The notes below the pieces were generated by a model. The model saw only the letters and a list, made by a program, of their open reading frames with translations, was not told the DNA's origin and ran no database searches. This document shows, one piece after another, positions 47,265 through 56,365 of a stretch of DNA of 64,000 bases (position 1 is its first letter; the number at the start of each line of letters is the position of its first letter). The translations under genes were made by a program, and so were the position numbers. This stretch comes from Arenicellales bacterium (GTDB taxonomy: Bacteria; Pseudomonadota; Gammaproteobacteria; Arenicellales; JAJDZL01), in NCBI GenBank assembly GCA_965200425.1, contig CBDAUA010000007.1, forward strand, positions 102,749 through 166,748, in the 5' to 3' direction.

Positions 47265-48227
47265 TTGTCCAAACACTCAAACAAAATGCAAGCTGCGAGA
47301 GTTTTCGTCCTGACTCCAGCGGATAGCACACGACTTGCAAATTTGTGCGGTCAGTTTGACTCCAACCTAAAATCCATTGAAGGACATTTTGGAGTTAAAG
47401 TATCGAACCGTGGCAATATCTTTCAAATCGACGGCGATCCTACTTGCGTGCGCGAAGTCGAAGCTATCTTGCGTGATTTGTACGCAGCCACCAAAACCAA
47501 TGGCTTACTAAAATCCAATGATGTGCAAAACCTTATCTCGCGCTCGGAAGATAAGCTTGTAACCGCAGATCCTTACACGCTAAAGATAAGAAAACGCGTC
47601 ATTCGACCGTGGTCGAAAACACAAGAACTTTATCTTCGAAAAATGGCAGAAAATGCAATCTGCATTGGTGTTGGTCCGGCTGGAACAGGTAAGACTTACT
47701 TGGCGGTCGCAAGTGCAGCTCACGCATTAGCAGTCGACTCAGTTAGTCGAATAGTATTGGTTCGGCCGGTCGTCGAAGCCGGTGAACGTATCGGCTTCTT
47801 GCCGGGCGACATCGAGCAAAAGGTGAATCCGTATTTGAGGCCTCTCTATGACGCATTGTATGAGCTGCTTGGATATGAAAGAGTGTGCAAACTGCAGGAC
47901 CGAGGCACCATTGAGCTGGCTCCATTAGCGTTTATGCGAGGTCGAACTCTAAATGATGCATTCATAATTCTTGATGAAGCACAAAATACCACAATAGAAC
48001 AGATGAAAATGTTCTTGACTCGAATTGGTTACAACTCACGAGCCGTTATATCTGGTGACATTACACAGATTGATCTCCCGCGTACGATTCAATCCGGACT
48101 GAAACACAGTTTAAAGATATTGAATGGAATTAAGGGAATAGAAATTGTAAGATTTGGTAACAACGACATTGTGCGCCACCCATTAGTACACTCAATTGTT
48201 GAAGCATACGAGCAAAATCAATCCTAG
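47265..48227 (+). CDS. ybeZ: PhoH-like ATPase
   Basis: GPAGTGKTYLAV Walker A and ILDEAQN Walker B. miaB-phoH-ybeY-corC-lnt synteny. The start may instead be the ATG at 47286. Confidence 0.9.
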   Translation: MSKHSNKMQAARVFVLTPADSTRLANLCGQFDSNLKSIEGHFGVKVSNRGNIFQIDGDPTCVREVEAILRDLYAATKTNGLLKSNDVQNLISRSEDKLVTADPYTLKIRKRVIRPWSKTQELYLRKMAENAICIGVGPAGTGKTYLAVASAAHALAVDSVSRIVLVRPVVEAGERIGFLPGDIEQKVNPYLRPLYDALYELLGYERVCKLQDRGTIELAPLAFMRGRTLNDAFIILDEAQNTTIEQMKMFLTRIGYNSRAVISGDITQIDLPRTIQSGLKHSLKILNGIKGIEIVRFGNNDIVRHPLVHSIVEAYEQNQS

Positions 48228-48240
48228 CATCGTTCCTTCG

Positions 48241-48711
48241 ATGGTTAACAGCTCTGACATACAAATCGCTGAATCCACACAGGATACTCCCAGTGAGGCG
48301 GAAATAGAGGATTGGATACGAAAGACTCTAGCTCACACCAATAGAGATTCTGCCGATATTACGGTTCGCGTTGTTGATTCGACTGAAATAACTACGCTTA
48401 ACGGTAAATACCGTAAACAAAACGTTCACACAGACGTACTTGCATTTTCCGCCAATCTGCCCAATGGAGTAGACATTGATATGCTTGGTGATGTTGTCGT
48501 TTGCGCAGATGTAATCAACCAAGTTGCCGCCGAAATGAAAGTGAAAGCTCAAGCACACTGGGCAAGAATCATCATTCATGGCGTACTGCATCTTTGTGGT
48601 TATGATCATCAAGAGCTTGACCAAGCCGAAAAAATGGAGTTGGCCGAGTTTCAAATTTTGAAACAGCTCGAACTCGAACATCCGGAACTGACTGCGAAAT
48701 TTAAACAATGA
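48241..48711 (+). CDS. ybeY: rRNA maturation RNase YbeY
   Basis: HGVLHLCGYDH zinc motif. Start placed at the ATG at 48241 to avoid overlap with phoH. Confidence 0.9.
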   Translation: MVNSSDIQIAESTQDTPSEAEIEDWIRKTLAHTNRDSADITVRVVDSTEITTLNGKYRKQNVHTDVLAFSANLPNGVDIDMLGDVVVCADVINQVAAEMKVKAQAHWARIIIHGVLHLCGYDHQELDQAEKMELAEFQILKQLELEHPELTAKFKQ

Positions 48712-49574
48712 AAAATTTGCGCTTGCATCCACTTGTACTTATACGAGATTTAAGGCGAAAAATCAGTCAAGCGATCTGGCCAGGGCCTCGAACTATTAAA
48801 GAATTAAGGGAGTTGATTCGCTTTGCGCGTCGAAATAATATCATCACCCTTGAAATACAAGACATTGTAGAGCGAGTTCTGAGCGTCTCGAACTTACAAG
48901 TCAGAGATGTAATGGTGCCAAGAGCTTTAATGAAAACGATTGATTTGGAGGAGACATTCGAAAATGTTCTTGATACTGTTACGTCATCTGGACACTCAAG
49001 ATTCCCTGTGATGAAAGAATGGCGAAACGATGTCGAAGCGGAAGGAATTCTCCTCGCAAAGGACATGCTGGCGTACGTCAATGAAAATAATGGAGGCGAA
49101 TTTTATCTATCAGACCTGCTTCGCGAAGTGATGTACATTCCCGAGAGCATGCGCCTGAATCCACTGTTGAAAAGATTCCAAGAGGAACGCACTCATATGG
49201 CAATCGTCGTGAATGAATACAATTCGATTGCCGGTTTGGTCACGATTGAAGATGTGTTGGAACAGATTGTCGGTGAAATCGAGGATGAGTCGGATTTTGA
49301 AGACTCGGAAAGAATTGTTTTGCTTAAGGACGATCTTTATGAAGTGGATGCTCACACTGAAATAGAAGAATTCAACGAGAAGCTCAATGTCAATATCATG
49401 AGTGACGTCAATACGGTCGGCGGTCTAGTTTTGAAAACAGCAGGATACGTACCCGATACCGGAGAATCCTTTGACCTCAATGGATTGAATTTGGAAATCG
49501 CTGACGCTGACGAAAGACGAATCCTTCTGCTACGCGTCAAGCGAGACCGTACTGAGCGTTCAACCACTTCCTAG
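48708..49574 (+). CDS. corC: CBS-pair / CorC_HlyC domain magnesium-cobalt efflux protein
   Basis: VRDVMVPR CBS pattern and a C-terminal transporter-associated domain. ATGA overlap with ybeY. Confidence 0.88.
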   Translation: MKNLRLHPLVLIRDLRRKISQAIWPGPRTIKELRELIRFARRNNIITLEIQDIVERVLSVSNLQVRDVMVPRALMKTIDLEETFENVLDTVTSSGHSRFPVMKEWRNDVEAEGILLAKDMLAYVNENNGGEFYLSDLLREVMYIPESMRLNPLLKRFQEERTHMAIVVNEYNSIAGLVTIEDVLEQIVGEIEDESDFEDSERIVLLKDDLYEVDAHTEIEEFNEKLNVNIMSDVNTVGGLVLKTAGYVPDTGESFDLNGLNLEIADADERRILLLRVKRDRTERSTTS

Positions 49575-49584
49575 TGTTGAGTGT

Positions 49585-51114
49585 TTGCACCAATCGACAA
49601 AAAAATTTGGGCGTATAAAACTTGTAGCTGCGCTCTTTGCCGGCATACTCGCCAATTTCGGATTTCCAAATCCCGGCGTCTTCGCCTCGACCATCGTTGC
49701 TTTGGTCGTGTTATTCTACTGTTGGGAGTCAGCCACCCCAAAGCGTAGTGCTCTACTAGGATTTGTCTTTGGGGTCGGCTTATACAGCATTGGTCTGAGT
49801 TGGCTCTATATAAGCATTCATGATTTTGGGCGAGCACCGTCTTTCTTTGCAGTCTTCGTACTCCTGCTATTGGTGTGCTTTCTGTCTTTGTTCATCGCGC
49901 TAATCGGTTATGTCCAGGCAAGGGTGCGGACTTCTGCGTTTTTGAGATTCTTGCTTCTAATTCCTTCACTGTGGGTGATCGCGGAATGGTGTAGAAGCTG
50001 GATATTCACAGGCTTTCCTTGGCTTTACTTCGGTTACAGCCAAGTTGAATCATGGCTAGTAGGTTGGGCTCCACTGATGGGCGTATTGGGAGTCAGTTTC
50101 GCCACTTGTGCAATCGCTGGTGCACTTGTCTTCACGATCTTGAAAGGCATCCGCATCAAAATTTTATTGTTTGCGTTAATATTGATCAGTGTAGGCATTT
50201 TTGGTAAATCCGTAGAGTGGGCAACACCCAATAGCAAACCGATTTCCGCTGCTTTAATTCAAGGTGATATTTCTCTTCGCGACAAATGGAATGTAAATCT
50301 AATCCGCAGGCACCTCCATTTTTATATTACGCAGAGTTCAGAGCTCGCTCACAACGATTTGATCATCTGGCCGGAAGCTGCTTTGCCATATACCGCCGAC
50401 CGACTAGAAAAACTAAAGGTTTGGGATACATTGCAAAATCATCCCTCGGATTTTTTGGTTGGTGCCTTGGAAATCCAGCAACGAGCTGACGAAGAAGTCG
50501 TGTTCAACAGTGCCTACGCGATTTCATCCGAAATTCAAATATATCGTAAACACCGTCTTGTCCCTTTTGGAGAATTTATTCCATTTCGCTCACTACTACA
50601 AAGGGTATTTCAATACGTCGATGTAGCTGCCAATGACCTGAGCCCTTATCAAGAACCTCAACAAGCTCTACAACTTGCAGGTCAGCCTGCGGGAGTATCT
50701 ATCTGCTATGAAGATGTTTTTCCTGCTGAAATATTGAAGTTGTTACCGGAGGCTACTTTTCTCATCAATATCAGCGAAGATGCATGGTTTGGCGAGTTTT
50801 TTGCGCCGAACCAACGGTTGCAGATGTCAAGAATGCGATCGATTGAAACCGCACGCCCTATGCTACGTGTGGCCAACAAAGGCATTTCTGCCTCCATCGA
50901 TCACAAAGGAAACGTCATCAAACAACTGACACAAGCGCAAGGGAAAGTACTTCAAACGAAAATCTATCCAACGACAGGCTCCACTCCATTTGTTTGGACA
51001 GGTAATATTCCAATTCTCATTCTCTGCTTCTTGCTAAGTCTACTAATTCTGACTAAAGGCTTTGTCCACACGAAGTTTATCAAACCAACACTAAAGCAGC
51101 AAATCCGAGGATAG
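49585..51114 (+). CDS. lnt: Apolipoprotein N-acyltransferase
   Basis: Polytopic N-terminal half plus a CN-hydrolase domain (ICYEDVFP catalytic Cys, NISEDAWFG). TTG start. Confidence 0.88.
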   Translation: MHQSTKKFGRIKLVAALFAGILANFGFPNPGVFASTIVALVVLFYCWESATPKRSALLGFVFGVGLYSIGLSWLYISIHDFGRAPSFFAVFVLLLLVCFLSLFIALIGYVQARVRTSAFLRFLLLIPSLWVIAEWCRSWIFTGFPWLYFGYSQVESWLVGWAPLMGVLGVSFATCAIAGALVFTILKGIRIKILLFALILISVGIFGKSVEWATPNSKPISAALIQGDISLRDKWNVNLIRRHLHFYITQSSELAHNDLIIWPEAALPYTADRLEKLKVWDTLQNHPSDFLVGALEIQQRADEEVVFNSAYAISSEIQIYRKHRLVPFGEFIPFRSLLQRVFQYVDVAANDLSPYQEPQQALQLAGQPAGVSICYEDVFPAEILKLLPEATFLINISEDAWFGEFFAPNQRLQMSRMRSIETARPMLRVANKGISASIDHKGNVIKQLTQAQGKVLQTKIYPTTGSTPFVWTGNIPILILCFLLSLLILTKGFVHTKFIKPTLKQQIRG

Positions 51115-52423
51115 CGAGAAATCCGACAACATCTGTAATTGTAGTGAGTGCAACTCCTCCTGCCAATGCTGGATCAACTCCCAACTTGTTGAGCAAGATG
51201 GGTAACCCGACGCCAGATCCCACAGAAACGATAATGTTCACCAACATCGCAACCGCGACAATTATGGCCAACTCTATGTTTTGGTACCAATATATGGAGA
51301 TGAGAGCGACAACAATCGACCAAATCAACCCATTGAGACCACCCACTAATAGTTCTTTTTTCAGTACGTCAACGGCATTGGCAATAGAAATCGTACCAAC
51401 TCCCATACCGCGAATGACATGGGTCAGTGTTTGAGTACCAGCATTTCCGCCCATGCTTGCAATGATTGGCATAAGAACCGCTAGTGCTACCAGCTTCTCA
51501 ATGGTGTCTTCAAACTGACCGATTACGATAGAAGCGATTACCGCCGTGATTAAATTCACACCGAGCCATAGTGCTCGTCTCTTCGCAGTATAAAGAACCG
51601 GTGCAAACACATCCTCATCTTCATGCAAGCCGGCGTGTGCCAAGAACAATTGTTCTGCGGAATCTTGAATGACATCAACAACATCATCGATAGTGATTCG
51701 TCCCATTAGTCGTCCGCTTTGATCAACGACAGGGGCAGATCCCAAATCATATTTTTGGAACGCATCGGCAACTTCTTCGACTGAAACTTCTGGATTGAAC
51801 GTTACGGTATTTTCGTTCATGTGTTCCGATACCAAGTCATCCAAACCAGAGGTAACCAACAGTCGTATTTGAATTGCTCCACGCAGAACTCCACTGCGAT
51901 TGACAACATATAATTTATCTGTATGTTCGGGAAGTTCCCCTCGCATGCGTAAGTATCGCATCACAGTTCTAATCGTAACTCTCTCCCGTACCGTCACAGT
52001 GTCGACATCCATCAACCGACCTGCAGTATCTTCATCGTAGGAAAGCAGGGTACTGAGATCATTGCGCCGCTTCTCATCGACTCCAAGCATCAGTTCCGCG
52101 ACTAGATCCGGCGATAAGTCCGGCATCATTTCTACGATGTCATCGATATCGAGACTCTGAATCGCCGTTACAAAAATGTGAGGATCAGTATCACGGATCA
52201 ATCCATCACGAACTCCATCCGACACTTTTGCGAGTACATCGCCCATGTCTGATTGAGCAAGTTCATTCCAGACACGATGTCTTTCGTCTGGGGGAAGACT
52301 TTCTAGAACAATCGCCAGATCAGCGTTATGTAGCTGATGGATAAATTCTCTGAGTTCGGTGGCAGTACCGTGTTCTAAGAGATCAAGTACAAATTCTCGA
52401 TGTTCGATCGTCTCAAATTGCAT
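51080..52423 (-). CDS. mgtE: Magnesium transporter MgtE
   Basis: N-domain, CBS pair and C-terminal TM domain with PIIASMGGNAGTQ and GVDPALA motifs. Confidence 0.92.
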   Translation of the reverse strand: MQFETIEHREFVLDLLEHGTATELREFIHQLHNADLAIVLESLPPDERHRVWNELAQSDMGDVLAKVSDGVRDGLIRDTDPHIFVTAIQSLDIDDIVEMMPDLSPDLVAELMLGVDEKRRNDLSTLLSYDEDTAGRLMDVDTVTVRERVTIRTVMRYLRMRGELPEHTDKLYVVNRSGVLRGAIQIRLLVTSGLDDLVSEHMNENTVTFNPEVSVEEVADAFQKYDLGSAPVVDQSGRLMGRITIDDVVDVIQDSAEQLFLAHAGLHEDEDVFAPVLYTAKRRALWLGVNLITAVIASIVIGQFEDTIEKLVALAVLMPIIASMGGNAGTQTLTHVIRGMGVGTISIANAVDVLKKELLVGGLNGLIWSIVVALISIYWYQNIELAIIVAVAMLVNIIVSVGSGVGLPILLNKLGVDPALAGGVALTTITDVVGFLAILGFAALVLV

Positions 52424-52550
52424 CTTTATTCACTCATAAGAGGATTTTCGTTAGCCAGATACAAACTGTGAATGATATATTCATGTAATTTCAATAACTT
52501 AGAATATTCCTATCAAGAGAATATGCGGTGAGATCAGGCTTTTATCAAAA

Positions 52551-54314
52551 CTACACAACCATTTTGGATTCAGCCAAATATGAACTTGTAGCGTTCATTT
52601 CCTCAACAAGTTGGAATCGTTCGGTCGATTTCGAGCATGCCAGAATATTTTCGATGTAGGTATTGAAGTGATTGACTTCACTGTTTCTGATAATCTGTTT
52701 AATTTCCGGAATTACTAAGGGATCCATACTGAATTTTTTCAATCCCATACCCAAAAGCAACCGCGTGTACATCGCGTCACTGGCCATTTCACCACACAAA
52801 GACACTGGTGTATTGAATCGGATACCTGCATCAATGGTATGTTTGATCAGTCGCAATACGGATGGATGAAGAGGGTCGTACAGGTAGTTGACCTCGTCGT
52901 CAACACGATCGATCGCAAGCGTGTACTGAATCAGATCGTTTGTTCCGATGGATAAAAAATCCAGCTCCGGTGCAAATTGATCCGCCGTTATCGCCGCTGC
53001 AGGGACCTCAATCATTCCCCCGATCGGTATTGAAGTATCGTACTCATAGCCTTCTTGTTCGAGTTCATCTTTTACTTCATCGATGAACTCGATTACTTGT
53101 TTGAATTCGTCCAGGTTCGACAGCATAGGAATCATGATTTGAATCTTTCCCAATAAGGACACCCGAAAAATTGCCCGCAACTGAGTACGAAAGACTCTGG
53201 GTGAACGCAAACAGAATCGGACGGCACGGATTCCCAGAGCCGGATTAATCGCGACATTGCGTTGTTCACGTCCGCCGTCGACTTGCTTGTCCGCACCGAG
53301 ATCAAGCGTGCGAATGGTGACATTTTTAAGCGCCCTGACAACTTCACCATAGGCCTCTACCTGAACATCTTCACTCGGGAATTCATGCTGATTCATGAAC
53401 AAATACTCTGTTCGATACAGGCCCACTCCCTTGGCCCCCGCGACGACCGCAGCCTCAATATCCATTGGTAATTCAACATTGGCCAACAATGAAATTTTCT
53501 GCCCGTCCAAAGTCCGAGGCTCTAAATCCCGTAATGCCAGTAGATGGTGTCGGTTTCGATCGTAATGAAGTCGGCTTCTTTCTAGTTCCTTTAGCGCTTC
53601 ATCATCAGGCTCAACGATTACGGTGCCGGTATGGCTATCTACCGCAATCTGTACTCCATGAGCAATACGACAAATCTCACCATGTAAACCTACGATTGCT
53701 GGGACTTGCAGACTTCGAGCTAAAATTGCTACATGAGAGATTGGGCTGCCGAGATTGGTTACGAACGCACTCATTTTTTTGTTCATAAATTGAACTGTAT
53801 CCGCAGGCGTCAGATCGTGCGCAACCAAAATGTGATCTTCCAAATTGTCTTCGAATGCAAGAGTGCTTTCGACTTTCGCATTTGGAATATGTTGGTAAAT
53901 TTGCTGAATCACCTGATCGACATCGCTTTTCTTGCTCCGTAGATATTCGTCTTCCATTTGATCGAATATTGCAACCAACTGGTTGCGATGGATTTTCAAT
54001 GCAGTTTCAGCGTCCACCGTCTCATCACGCATGATTTGAATGGTGATTTCTCGCAACATCGGATCTTCTATCATCAACAAATGCGCGTCTAGGAAGGCCA
54101 AAATTTCATGAGGTGCATTTTCAGGAACTTCTTCTCTGGCTTTTTTCAAAGAATCGGAGGCATTTTGAAGAGCCGTTTCAAGTACGGCAATTTGCAATGC
54201 TAGATCATCAGGCTCTATCTTTCGAACATTAAAATGTACCTGAGAACGATCAATTACGTATGCCTTACCGATAGCAATACCGGTACCGACCCCTGAACCA
54301 TTCAATGAAAACAT
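52551..54314 (-). CDS. ptsI: Phosphoenolpyruvate-protein phosphotransferase (Enzyme I) without a GAF domain, in PTS-Ntr context
   Basis: 587 aa with the GSPISHVAILARSL active-site His region and IGTNDLIQY PEP-utilizing motif. The start overlaps the npr stop. Confidence 0.88.
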   Translation of the reverse strand: MFSLNGSGVGTGIAIGKAYVIDRSQVHFNVRKIEPDDLALQIAVLETALQNASDSLKKAREEVPENAPHEILAFLDAHLLMIEDPMLREITIQIMRDETVDAETALKIHRNQLVAIFDQMEDEYLRSKKSDVDQVIQQIYQHIPNAKVESTLAFEDNLEDHILVAHDLTPADTVQFMNKKMSAFVTNLGSPISHVAILARSLQVPAIVGLHGEICRIAHGVQIAVDSHTGTVIVEPDDEALKELERSRLHYDRNRHHLLALRDLEPRTLDGQKISLLANVELPMDIEAAVVAGAKGVGLYRTEYLFMNQHEFPSEDVQVEAYGEVVRALKNVTIRTLDLGADKQVDGGREQRNVAINPALGIRAVRFCLRSPRVFRTQLRAIFRVSLLGKIQIMIPMLSNLDEFKQVIEFIDEVKDELEQEGYEYDTSIPIGGMIEVPAAAITADQFAPELDFLSIGTNDLIQYTLAIDRVDDEVNYLYDPLHPSVLRLIKHTIDAGIRFNTPVSLCGEMASDAMYTRLLLGMGLKKFSMDPLVIPEIKQIIRNSEVNHFNTYIENILACSKSTERFQLVEEMNATSSYLAESKMVV

Positions 54315-54583
54315 CAGTCAGGCTCCCCGAAACGCAGATCGAATTTTTCCCAAATCGCATGAAAAGCGAGATCTTCATCGGGACCTTCGACTTGCAGCGT
54401 AAGTCGAGTGCCCTGTGTAGCCGCCAGCATCATCAATCCCATAATACCTTTGGCATCAGCGGATTGCGCAGCGTTACTAAGTGTGATCTGGCTCTCAAAA
54501 CCAGACGCAGTCCTCACGACTTGAGCAGCAGCCCGAGCGTGCAGACCGAGTTTATTTTTTACTACAATTTCACCGGATCGCAT
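54314..54583 (-). CDS. ptsO: HPr-family phosphocarrier protein NPr
   Basis: 89 aa with the NKLGLHARAAA active-site His motif. Confidence 0.85.
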   Translation of the reverse strand: MRSGEIVVKNKLGLHARAAAQVVRTASGFESQITLSNAAQSADAKGIMGLMMLAATQGTRLTLQVEGPDEDLAFHAIWEKFDLRFGEPD

Positions 54584-54586
54584 AAA

Positions 54587-55477
54587 TTACTGGAACTCCG
54601 AGTGTCTTTTTTGAACATTTTGTTCGCGATAGAAAAAACGATTGACTAGATTTTCGACGACATATACAGATCTATGTCGTCCGCCTGTGCATCCGACTGC
54701 GACTGTCATGTAGACTCGTCCAGCACGATGAAAATCATCCAACCATTCACTGACAAATGAATCGATCCGCTCAATCATCCGACCTACTTCAGGTTTTTGC
54801 TCGAAGTAGTCGGCAATAGGCTTGTCCATTCCGTTGTAGTTTTTTAAACTAGGTACCCAGTATGGATTCGGCAAACACCGAACATCAAAAACGAAGTCAG
54901 CATCTAGAGGGGCACCTCTTTTGTAAGCAAACGATTTGAACAAGATCATCGGTTGATCAACACCTAGGATGGCAGCATCTTCCTGGATCAAATTGCGCAG
55001 CTCATGTGGAGACATATTGGTTGTATCAAAGTGCTTCGTTGCCCATTCCGCCACCGATCGCAATACATGTTTTTCCAGCTGAATACTCTCCAACAAAGAC
55101 ACCGCTTCGTTCATTAACGGATGTTTGCGGCGCGTTTCACTGAAGCGTTTTACGAGAACGTGCTCCTCCGCTTCCAAGTAGATAATTTCGAATCCGATCC
55201 CCAGCGCTTTAAGGTAATTGACATTTTCGGTTAAATCCCCTAAAAATTTCTCATTTCTGGAATCGATACTAACTGCGGTGCGTGTAACCGATTGTTCACC
55301 GGAATCAATGACATCATCAGCGAAATCTTTCAGTAATACGACAGGAAGATTATCGACACAGTAAAACCCGACATCCTCTAAAGCTCGCAGTGCAATACTT
55401 TTGCCAGCGCCTGATAAGCCACTGATTACTTTTAGATATTTAGGATTACTGCTGTTCAAATCGGTACTAGTTTCCAC
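54587..55477 (-). CDS. rapZ: RNase adapter protein RapZ
   Basis: ISGLSGAGKSIALRALEDVGFYCVDNLP P-loop and a C-terminal GCTGGRHRSV motif. Confidence 0.9.
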   Translation of the reverse strand: METSTDLNSSNPKYLKVISGLSGAGKSIALRALEDVGFYCVDNLPVVLLKDFADDVIDSGEQSVTRTAVSIDSRNEKFLGDLTENVNYLKALGIGFEIIYLEAEEHVLVKRFSETRRKHPLMNEAVSLLESIQLEKHVLRSVAEWATKHFDTTNMSPHELRNLIQEDAAILGVDQPMILFKSFAYKRGAPLDADFVFDVRCLPNPYWVPSLKNYNGMDKPIADYFEQKPEVGRMIERIDSFVSEWLDDFHRAGRVYMTVAVGCTGGRHRSVYVVENLVNRFFYREQNVQKRHSEFQ

Positions 55478-55510
55478 AGACTTTCAGTGCAAAGACGACT
55501 GTTTGGGTTG

Positions 55511-56035
55511 TCAGGCAAGAACACTTTCATTTTCAAATTCGACGATTTGCGAAAACAGCTGATTGGAGTCTTTCGCTTCTAACATTCGTCGGCACAGGTC
55601 ACCCTGTGAAAATCCTCGGGCAAGTCGTGAGAGAATTCTAATATGAACCTCAGCACAGTCGGCTGGCACCAATAAACCACAGGCCAAAATCACTGGTTTA
55701 TCGTCTATCGCATCTAAGTTCAAAGGAGTCTTCATGCGTAGGATAGCACCCATCGCTTCCTCTAAGTCACTCAGTCGACCATGCGGTATGGCAACACCAT
55801 TTCCTACACAAGTACTACCAATTCTTTCGCGTTCGAGCAAGGCATGAAACACCGTATTTTTGTTCACTATATGATGGTTATTTTTCGTAAACAGATTGGA
55901 CAACATTTCAATCATCCGTTTATGGCTCGAAACGTTGACGTCAACTTGAATTCGTTCTGCCGCGAATACTTCGCTAAGCAAAATATCTCGCTTTGATTGC
56001 CTAGCAGCTACAGAATTTTTTCCAGTAGCATTCAT
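55511..56035 (-). CDS. ptsN: PTS IIA-like nitrogen regulatory protein PtsN
   Basis: GNGVAIPHGR phosphorylation-site motif, positioned between hpf and rapZ. Confidence 0.88.
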   Translation of the reverse strand: MNATGKNSVAARQSKRDILLSEVFAAERIQVDVNVSSHKRMIEMLSNLFTKNNHHIVNKNTVFHALLERERIGSTCVGNGVAIPHGRLSDLEEAMGAILRMKTPLNLDAIDDKPVILACGLLVPADCAEVHIRILSRLARGFSQGDLCRRMLEAKDSNQLFSQIVEFENESVLA

Positions 56036-56364
56036 TACGAGTTCCGAATTGTTCGTTGTTTGTCTATATGCCGACCATGATCCTTAAGCATTTCTTTGTG
56101 CTTAATAATTTGCCGATCAAGTTTGCTTGACATGCCATCAATGGAGTTGAGCATATCATAGGATACCGATTTGGCATGTATCGACAACCGTCTTCCGTGA
56201 ATCGTCGCCTCTGACAGAAAAGAAGCATTTTCTTTGTGTAAAATCACATCGACAGTCGCTGGTTGACGAAAGTGATTTTCTATCTTTCTTAGTCGTTTGT
56301 GCACATAATTTCGAATGGAATCGGTCACATCAACGTGGAGGCCTGTTATTGAAATTTGCAACAT
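56035..56364 (-). CDS. hpf: Ribosome hibernation promoting factor
   Basis: 109 aa starting MLQISITGLHVDVTDSIRNYV, directly downstream of rpoN. Confidence 0.88.
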   Translation of the reverse strand: MLQISITGLHVDVTDSIRNYVHKRLRKIENHFRQPATVDVILHKENASFLSEATIHGRRLSIHAKSVSYDMLNSIDGMSSKLDRQIIKHKEMLKDHGRHIDKQRTIRNS

Positions 56365-56365
56365 A

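Noticed and set aside
52424-52550. Checked for known riboswitches: an M-box upstream of mgtE, a purine riboswitch upstream of the NCS2 permease (23565-23872), and preQ1 upstream of yhhQ (32540-32596)
   Set aside because: None of these spacers contains the conserved core sequences I remember for those riboswitch classes. The mgtE spacer is also shorter than a full M-box. An Infernal/Rfam scan would be the definitive check.
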